Virus record (IMG/VR): IMGVR_UViG_3300027715_000018
Span: 1-37,377 of that record
DNA: 37,377 nucleotides
Source of the DNA: a virus
Lineage: Duplodnaviria > Caudoviricetes
Strand: one strand, 5' to 3'
Below the pieces are notes generated by a model. The model was not told the DNA's origin. It searched no databases and saw only the letters and a list, made by a program, of their open reading frames with translations. This document shows positions 31,048 to 37,377 of this stretch, piece after piece (within the stretch, counting starts at the first letter, position 1; the number at the start of each line of letters is the position of its first letter). The position numbers and the translations under genes were made by a program.

Positions 31048-33906
31048 CTAAACATTGAATACAGCTTTACCAGTCTGTCTGGTTTTTCGGTTCACACCAT
31101 CAATTACCTCATCGACAAGAGTCTTACCGCCGACGTTTACTACTATTGATTGGTCGTTTCCAGACGATTCCTGAATACCTTGTTTTACGGCATCTTTGAT
31201 AGCCTGTACAAAACTTGTGTTTTCTAGTGGCATTACTGTGGTTTTGTTGTTGTATGAACCTATCAATTCTCGACCAGCCTCACCGGCAATGAATGGTTGG
31301 CCGGCTGACAATATTCCACCTGACGCTAACTGTGGGATATTCGGTATTTTCGCAAGCTGTACGTTTCCAGCGTCAATAATTTGTTTACCGCCCATGTTTA
31401 TTGACGGCCACGAAAATTGTAAAGCGCCATTCAAGAAATCTATAACGAAGTTGATTAATCCGACTATACCGTTTATTGCGGCCTTGAAACCGTTGTAGAA
31501 TGCGTTTCCGATGTTTACCGCCAAGTTACCCCAAAATTCGGCTGTGAATAAAACAAGAATGTAATTCTCAAACCAAGACTTTAAGGTAGCCCCAAGAGCT
31601 GAAATGACAACAACAACACCACGTATGCCACCAACAATCAAATTACCGACGCCTGACCAAAAATCGCCTAACCATGTCCAATAACCAGCCCAAGCGTTCT
31701 GCATGAATGCTATGATTTGATCGTGGAACAAAACGATAGCTGTAATTGTTGCGGCAACAGCAGCAACTATCAAAGCCGCCGCCCACACAGGTAGACCTAG
31801 AAACGCTGCGAGTCCAGCCAACAACGCGGCCAAGGCGCTAGCTATGACACCGCCAAGTCTAGCGAGAACACCGCCTATAGAACTGAACACACCGGCAAAC
31901 AATGGTCCCAATTTAGATAAGACCCCGCCGATAGACGCCAATGGTCCCTCGAGCTTCGTGAAAACCGTTCCTAGAAAGGCGAGACCTTCGAACAACTTGA
32001 GTGTGGCGTATAAACTACCGAGTAATCCTATAATTACTTTTGTCGGTCCCGGGTTTTCAACAATCCAGGTAGATAATTTACCGAGAACGTCAAGAATTAT
32101 TTTCATTGTGTCAACAAAGGCCCATGCTGTAAATGACGCCAGAGGCATCAAAACGTCTTCTGTGAACTTTGTGATTTTTCCTGAGTTTTGTTCGAGAAAA
32201 TTGGTCAAACCACGAACGGCACCAATTATCACATCAAACATGGCGGGTGCAATACGATTGCCGATAAAAACCGCAAAAGGTACAAGAACGTTCTCAAAAA
32301 ACAATTTGAGCCCTTGACCGATCGGTTTTCCGAGTTCACGGAAAGCTTCCAGTAATGTTTTCATCTTGTCTGTGAGATTTGGCCAGTCTATAGCATTATT
32401 TATATTAGCTATACCGTTAAAAAAAGTCGGTATCGCGTCGTTAAACGTCCACTCGGCTAACGGCCTCAGTATAACATCCATGAACGTCAATAAACTCTCA
32501 CTCACAAAATTCCCAACAGGTCTTAGTGACTCATAGAGCTTATTGAGGGTGTCTGTCATTCGTGTGAAATTGAGGTCATCTAGTGTGTGTGCGATTATGT
32601 TGTTTGTGCGCGGAATGAAGTCTGTTAACAAGTTGTTGAAAAAAGGTTTAACTAAATTGTTATAGGCTTCTTTTGTGATCGTACCGATACCTCTAAATGC
32701 TCGCGCGATAGATGTTTTTAATCTACTGAACGATTGGGTCAGTGGCCCAAAATCAAAATCACCGAAAGCTTCTGACATCATTTGGCGGATTTTTTCAGCT
32801 ATTTGTGTTGATTTTTGTGTTATTTGGCTCAGTTTGTTGTCGTATGCCGGAACGTCGATGTCGACCGCCTGGTTGTCCTCGTTGTTTGCGTCTGTTTTTG
32901 AACCTAAAATGTTGAGTTGGTCAAAACCAGCCAACTTACTGACCTTTTTTGTCAATGAGTCCACAGAATCTTCTGTTGAGTCAACCTCACCTGTCAGGTT
33001 TGAAAAATTGTTCTGTGTGTTTTTTATTTGTTCTGGGACGAAACCAACAGCTGACGCTATTTTATTCGCAAACTCAGTGGCCAAAATGGCTAGCGCGTTC
33101 AAAACAGGTAAAATAGCCTCTAACGCGGGCATGAATATGGAACCTATGGATCGACTAAGCGTCAACAACCGTTCCTGTAGAATTCTTAGTTGGTTTGCTG
33201 GTTGATTGATAGTGTTCGCAAAATCACCTTGAGCGAGAGCTGTCTGTCTAATCATAACAGCATAACGCAATTGCATTTTTTCGGCTTGAGACATGTTGCG
33301 TACAGATTTGGTGATACCTTGGTTTAGAGCTTCTTGTTTAAGTGAAGCTTCTGTTACATCCACACCATATTTGTACATGGTTTCTGACTGCCCAACCAAA
33401 CCAGATCTCAAATCGTCTGACACATCCTTGAAGCTTCTGTTGGTTAGTGATGCCAAATCTTGGGCGAGGTTGTTCGTGTTGGTTGATAAAACTTGTGACT
33501 TTTCCGAAACAACACCCATAGATCGTGCGAGCAAATTGTAACCGCCAACGTTGTTTAGGATTCCAACTGTATCGAGACCTGTGATTTTGCTTAGAGATGT
33601 TGCAGCTTCGCCTGAAGATTCAGCGAGATCCCCCATAGCAACATTAAACAGATTCACAGACTCTACGGCGTCCATTGAAGTTTTGACGAAACCTGCAAAA
33701 TACTGAGTGACTTTTGTGGCGACAAGAACCTTGATTCCGGTGTTTAACAAGCCTAACGATTTTGTTAGACCTGTGATACCCGAAGTTGCTTGTTTGCTAC
33801 CGGCGCTGATTAGGGAAAAGTCCTTATATAATTTGCTCGTTTCGTTGTTTGTTGTTTTCGCTTGTAGGTTTAATTTTATGTTTATGTTTGAATTTTGTGT
33901 AGGCAT
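31048..33906 (-). CDS. Tail tape measure protein
   Basis: 952 aa, helical; ESVNLFNVAMG, LRSGLVGQSE, GDFANT motifs; periodic W/F; hydrophobic segment; C-terminal IPQLASGG. Confidence 0.93.
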   Translation of the reverse strand: MPTQNSNINIKLNLQAKTTNNETSKLYKDFSLISAGSKQATSGITGLTKSLGLLNTGIKVLVATKVTQYFAGFVKTSMDAVESVNLFNVAMGDLAESSGEAATSLSKITGLDTVGILNNVGGYNLLARSMGVVSEKSQVLSTNTNNLAQDLASLTNRSFKDVSDDLRSGLVGQSETMYKYGVDVTEASLKQEALNQGITKSVRNMSQAEKMQLRYAVMIRQTALAQGDFANTINQPANQLRILQERLLTLSRSIGSIFMPALEAILPVLNALAILATEFANKIASAVGFVPEQIKNTQNNFSNLTGEVDSTEDSVDSLTKKVSKLAGFDQLNILGSKTDANNEDNQAVDIDVPAYDNKLSQITQKSTQIAEKIRQMMSEAFGDFDFGPLTQSFSRLKTSIARAFRGIGTITKEAYNNLVKPFFNNLLTDFIPRTNNIIAHTLDDLNFTRMTDTLNKLYESLRPVGNFVSESLLTFMDVILRPLAEWTFNDAIPTFFNGIANINNAIDWPNLTDKMKTLLEAFRELGKPIGQGLKLFFENVLVPFAVFIGNRIAPAMFDVIIGAVRGLTNFLEQNSGKITKFTEDVLMPLASFTAWAFVDTMKIILDVLGKLSTWIVENPGPTKVIIGLLGSLYATLKLFEGLAFLGTVFTKLEGPLASIGGVLSKLGPLFAGVFSSIGGVLARLGGVIASALAALLAGLAAFLGLPVWAAALIVAAVAATITAIVLFHDQIIAFMQNAWAGYWTWLGDFWSGVGNLIVGGIRGVVVVISALGATLKSWFENYILVLFTAEFWGNLAVNIGNAFYNGFKAAINGIVGLINFVIDFLNGALQFSWPSINMGGKQIIDAGNVQLAKIPNIPQLASGGILSAGQPFIAGEAGRELIGSYNNKTTVMPLENTSFVQAIKDAVKQGIQESSGNDQSIVVNVGGKTLVDEVIDGVNRKTRQTGKAVFNV

Positions 33907-34358
33907 TAGAAGTCACCAACTTTCTTGATGGATTCGTCCAACAATTTTAGATTTTTTGTACTCATATTGGCCGCTTGGTTCAAGAATTTTCTTTTTATTT
34001 CGTTTTGTAGATATTTTGGATCACTGTTGAGTTTGGCTTGTTCGATGAACGGGCGTTCTGGGTATTTGCATTTTTTGTCCATTGCGCTAGCTATAGCTAT
34101 ACGCGTATAAACACCTTGTCGCCACATAGATTCGTCATCCATCTCGCGTTTAATCTCAAAAGCTCTGCTGAAGGGTTTGAGCGTATCTGGACACAAAGTC
34201 CAAAATAAGTCGTAAGGAACACCCATCACCAGAGCTTGTGGTAAAATGTCTTCGTTTATCGTTTGTGTTATTGTTTTTATGTCTCCGTTTTCAATAGCGT
34301 TTGGGGTAGCGGTTGTTACACAGCTTGTTCCCCCAACGCTCGGAGACTCGTGAAAAAA
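33906..34358 (-). CDS. Tail assembly chaperone, -1 frameshift extension (GT-like)
   Basis: The frame of ORF 33906..34229 is open back to the T-TTT-TTC slippery site at 34358-34352 (FHESPSVGGTSCV...LPQALVMGVPYDLFW). Confidence 0.8.
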   Translation of the reverse strand, partial: FFHESPSVGGTSCVTTATPNAIENGDIKTITQTINEDILPQALVMGVPYDLFWTLCPDTLKPFSRAFEIKREMDDESMWRQGVYTRIAIASAMDKKCKYPERPFIEQAKLNSDPKYLQNEIKRKFLNQAANMSTKNLKLLDESIKKVGDF

Positions 34359-34636
34359 CTTGACTCCATAAGAAGCTCGGAAAGATCACCAAACAACTGT
34401 AAGATCTCACCACTCTCAACGTATGGTTCAAGGATTTCATCGACTTGTTCGTATGTGTATTTTTCATAAGGTTCTTTGTTAAGAGCCCCCATCAACATAT
34501 CTCGTGACAAACCAATCATCATGAAGATCTTTGTTTGAACGCGCTCAAGATCCTGTACGTCGAAATCCTGCATATATCTGAATGAGTTAAACGTGAATTT
34601 GAGTTCAATTTGCTTATCTTTGTAATTTACAGTCAT
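34316..34636 (-). CDS. Tail assembly chaperone (G-like)
   Basis: Lies between tail tube and tape measure; slippery heptamer near its 3' end. Confidence 0.85.
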   Translation of the reverse strand: MTVNYKDKQIELKFTFNSFRYMQDFDVQDLERVQTKIFMMIGLSRDMLMGALNKEPYEKYTYEQVDEILEPYVESGEILQLFGDLSELLMESSFFTSLRALGEQAV

Positions 34637-34655
34637 TTGGTTAGTTTCCTTTCTA

Positions 34656-35069
34656 TTATGGTGTTACGGTTACCATTTCAACTTCGGTTTCGCCAGAAAT
34701 ACTCAGAGTCATCTTACGAGCTTCATCAACACCACCACCGGTAATGAAAATGCTCGGAGTACCCTGCCATCTGAAGATGCCGTCAACACCGTCCTCGCCA
34801 AATTCCAACTGGAACCAAGATTTAGTGCTAGCCATAGCTGCAATTGTGGTGTATGCTGTTTTGTCGTAGTTACATTCAAATGTGAATTTGTCAAGTTCCT
34901 GGAGACCGATAACATTTGTTTTCGTTTTAGTTGCTGTTAAATCTGTTGTGTCGATTGTGCTTGGTTCACCACCCATATCTGGATAACTTACGATATCCAC
35001 AAGTTTCGTATATGTTCCCGTTTCTGTTGCACAATTTTTAAGAATTGTATTAGCTGTACTTACTGCCAT
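34656..35069 (-). CDS. Major tail tube protein
   Basis: YPDMGGEPSTIDTTDL...IGLQEL...FECNYD...GGGVDE pattern; position. Confidence 0.88.
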   Translation of the reverse strand: MAVSTANTILKNCATETGTYTKLVDIVSYPDMGGEPSTIDTTDLTATKTKTNVIGLQELDKFTFECNYDKTAYTTIAAMASTKSWFQLEFGEDGVDGIFRWQGTPSIFITGGGVDEARKMTLSISGETEVEMVTVTP

Positions 35070-35075
35070 AGGTTT

Positions 35076-35468
35076 TTACCTCCGATAAATTTTTTTATTT
35101 TTGTCGACCAACCCTGAATATGAGATCTGGTATCTATAGATATCAGAGTCATTAAAGTTTGGTACGGGTCGTTGTGAGATTCGTGATAGTCCATATGTGT
35201 CTGATAGAATTGCATCGACAGAACTTCTTAAGTCTTTCGCCTTACTCATACGATTTGGACCGTTTGTATAAATCTCTATGTTTATGGTTATTCTGCAATA
35301 CGTGAATCCTGAGCTGTCTTTTGTATCATCGTCCGATGTGTTGTCTGTTTCTTCACAGACAATTACTGGGAAAACTGTGCTTGTTGGTTGATAAGAGGAT
35401 AGAACCTTAGCGTCGGTTATTGTGGTTTTCAGCTCAGTTAGGATTTCGTTTGTTATGTCAACAATCAC
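35076..35468 (-). CDS. Tail terminator/completion protein
   Basis: FPVIVCEETDN...INIEIYT pattern; immediately upstream of the tail tube. Confidence 0.75.
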   Translation of the reverse strand: MIVDITNEILTELKTTITDAKVLSSYQPTSTVFPVIVCEETDNTSDDDTKDSSGFTYCRITINIEIYTNGPNRMSKAKDLRSSVDAILSDTYGLSRISQRPVPNFNDSDIYRYQISYSGLVDKNKKIYRR

Positions 35469-35480
35469 TTGGTTTACCTC

Positions 35481-36011
35481 CTACAATCTTAGATTTTTTA
35501 GTTCACTTTCAATTGAATTTGTTACAATCTTATTGAAGTTTTCCACAGCCCACAGATAAGTTTCGTACATGAACGGTCGGCTTCGCATACCTTTCGTCCA
35601 GGCTATGAAACCATCATCAGTCTCTTTTTTAGTTGGGTTTTTATCGTTTGCTGTTGTTGGATACCACCAGCCAGATTCTCCGTGAGAATTCACGTCATAA
35701 ATCCAGCCAGAACCTGAAGCATCCGGGTGACCAGCACGCGAACCAACCATACCGGTTCCATATTCGACGAACATAACATCAGCGCCACTGATTGAAATAG
35801 CTATACCGTCTTCAGAAATCCTGACATCTAATCCAACCAACACACTGTCGGGAACATCGTATTTTCTAGCCATAGCTAAAACCATACTATGTGTTAGACG
35901 CCTCATGTTTTCCAAACCTCTATCAGAACCCCTGTCAATAGCTTGTTGTATCTTTATAACAGCACCTTTGCTCAAATTGCCAACGTCCACATCAAATGTG
36001 AAGTTACTCAT
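35481..36011 (-). CDS. HK97 gp10-like neck protein
   Basis: FVEYGTG, GWWY and TKGMRSRPFMY motifs. Confidence 0.85.
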   Translation of the reverse strand: MSNFTFDVDVGNLSKGAVIKIQQAIDRGSDRGLENMRRLTHSMVLAMARKYDVPDSVLVGLDVRISEDGIAISISGADVMFVEYGTGMVGSRAGHPDASGSGWIYDVNSHGESGWWYPTTANDKNPTKKETDDGFIAWTKGMRSRPFMYETYLWAVENFNKIVTNSIESELKNLRL

Positions 36012-36363
36012 TGTTTGTGCGCTCCTTCAAGCCATATACATAATGATTTAGACTCTTTAAAATCTTACTCACAGTGAAGTCATAGGTTTCTGGGAAGTTG
36101 TCTGTTGGTCGTGATCTGAAAATTAGAGAGTCTTTTTTGATGGGTTTTGTGCTGTTTGAGATATAATCTAGGTTTGCTGACTCACCGAAAGATTCAGTGA
36201 GCACATCACCACTGGCTGGAATTAATGGTATGTTGATGGAGCGCGGGTTCAAGTACGTTTTTGTTACTTCGCCGGTGTAGTTTCCATCATCATCGACGGT
36301 TTCCACGTCTTGGTCTGGTTCCACAAGCCATAATTGGACTTTGTTTTTGTTTAAGGTTCTCAT
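36004..36363 (-). CDS. Head closure protein
   Basis: MRTLNKNK...DDDGNYTGE...YDFTVSKILKSLN; position in the neck module. Confidence 0.75.
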   Translation of the reverse strand: MRTLNKNKVQLWLVEPDQDVETVDDDGNYTGEVTKTYLNPRSINIPLIPASGDVLTESFGESANLDYISNSTKPIKKDSLIFRSRPTDNFPETYDFTVSKILKSLNHYVYGLKERTNNE

Positions 36364-36686
36364 GTCGGTGTGACCTCGATTATTCGTACGCTGTCTGAAA
36401 CTGAATGAGCTCGTGGCGTAATTCGTGATAGAACCGATTTTGAGATATCACCAGATTCATACGATCGCGATATTCCATTTTCGTTGTGTCCGGTTTGACC
36501 TTCAGCACCCATTTTGTTGTAAAGTTCGATTGCGATTGAGAGTTGGGTGTTGAGGTATTGTGGTTCAACGATATCTGTGCATCGAATATTGGTTATAATT
36601 TCAGCTGCATTTTCAAGCAAGAACTCTAATATTTCGTCCTCACTGTTTTGGCTTCCGAGTAGTTTTTTTAACTTTTGGAGTTGCAT
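36360..36686 (-). CDS. Head-tail connector (SPP1 gp15-like)
   Basis: LQKLKKLLG...AIELYNKMGAEGQTGHNENGISRSY. Start moved to ATG 36686 (GAGGA RBS), overlapping the upstream gene by 47 nt. Confidence 0.85.
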   Translation of the reverse strand: MQLQKLKKLLGSQNSEDEILEFLLENAAEIITNIRCTDIVEPQYLNTQLSIAIELYNKMGAEGQTGHNENGISRSYESGDISKSVLSRITPRAHSVSDSVRIIEVTPT

Positions 36687-36987
36687 TTGTTTCCTCGACT
36701 TTCTCGGTGGTTTCTTGAATTTCTGGTTTTTCGAAATCATCGATAAGACTGTCTGTGGTATCTTGTGGTTTGATTGAATCAACAACCTCAGAATCTGTTG
36801 GAAAGATATATGGTGTTTCTGCACTCACGTTAAATTTACAGAAAGCTTCGACTTCCGTCAGTTGTTTGTAGTTGCCGACGTTTGTGTCGGTTCCGGCGAC
36901 ACGTTGGATGTTGCCGGGGTGAATGTTCACCCCAACAAACCCTTCGCCAGCACGAACGTATAATTTACCATCTTGTAAAAATAACAT
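36640..36987 (-). CDS. Hypothetical head-associated protein
   Basis: Directly after the capsid gene, GGAGG RBS, acidic then basic tail. Confidence 0.75.
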   Translation of the reverse strand: MLFLQDGKLYVRAGEGFVGVNIHPGNIQRVAGTDTNVGNYKQLTEVEAFCKFNVSAETPYIFPTDSEVVDSIKPQDTTDSLIDDFEKPEIQETTEKVEETNATPKVKKTTRKPKQ

Positions 36988-37003
36988 TTCGCGCCTCCGT
37001 TTC

Positions 37004-37377
37004 TTAGCCGTTTGTAATAACTCGTGAAATCATGATAGATTTAGCAGGCATTTTACGCTCCCATGAAGCGCCAGCAAGCAATACTGAGTCTGGAACAGCT
37101 GTGTCAGTGGTAACATCACCTACAAACGAGAAACCATATGGGGCCATACACTCACGAACTCGTGTGTAGAGCATTTCAGTACCACCACCAAGCTCATCGT
37201 CAAACTTCATTGAAGATGGTCGCTCAACAGGTGCTTCTGCGTATCTGATAGCTCCGTTACCCAACAAGAATGTGGTGTATTCATCAGGACCATCGGTTTG
37301 TTCGTAGTATGTTGCGATATCATCAACATCGGGAACGGCCACGGCTGTATAAACATCACCAGCTTTTGTGTAGTAGG
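37004..37377 (-). CDS. Major capsid protein, C-terminal part (joined protein about 379 aa)
   Basis: Bases 37370-37377 equal bases 1-8 (GTAGTAGG). Joining gives in-frame ...AKTYYTKAGDVYTAVAVP...YTTFLLGNGAIRYAEAPVE...GGGTEMLYTRVRECMAPYGFSF...SWER...ITNG*, a typical SPP1-like capsid C-terminus. Confidence 0.9.
   Translation of the reverse strand, partial: YYTKAGDVYTAVAVPDVDDIATYYEQTDGPDEYTTFLLGNGAIRYAEAPVERPSSMKFDDELGGGTEMLYTRVRECMAPYGFSFVGDVTTDTAVPDSVLLAGASWERKMPAKSIMISRVITNG

Noticed and set aside
36687-36824. Extended N-terminus of the head-tail connector as given in the ORF track
   Set aside because: It overlaps most of the upstream gene; the RBS and family-like sequence begin at MQLQKLKK (36686).
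1-37377. Alternative genetic code, tRNA genes or lysogeny module
   Set aside because: Long genes are intact under the standard code, and I recognised no tRNA cloverleaf, integrase, CI-like repressor or ParA.

Overview
The window is an apparently complete, circularly permuted ~37.37 kb tailed-phage genome (siphovirus-type). The 8 nt GTAGTAGG occurs at both ends, and the major capsid gene reads in frame across that join. The host is probably a Clostridia-like Firmicute, judging from ChW repeats, sigma-A promoters and GGAGG RBSs. The minus strand carries the SPP1-like head genes, neck and tail genes with a -1 frameshifted chaperone, a tape measure, two tandem tail-tip genes sharing ~1.09 kb of nearly identical 5' sequence, collagen/SGNH and collagen/BspA(DUF285) fibre genes, a sigma-70-family factor, ERCC4 nuclease, DUF669-like SSB, a D5/P4-type primase-helicase, an orphan MazF/PemK, guanylate kinase, holin, a ChW-M15 endolysin and a small terminase. 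A plus-strand island (7.1-10.0 kb) separates terS from terL. I recognised no integrase, repressor, DNA polymerase, tRNA, RT or CRISPR array. The most unusual element is the replication set-up: two paralogous iteron origins with different iteron words flank the island, a stand-alone copy of the helicase's origin-binding winged helix sits beside one of them, and the primase domain appears catalytically dead. Also notable are a class 3 (WCT) intein starting with Glu in TerL, a four-copy late-promoter motif, a consensus promoter pointing antisense into the portal gene, two abutting 38-bp tandem arrays and a dispersed hairpin motif. Family assignments come from motif recognition by eye; no searches were run.
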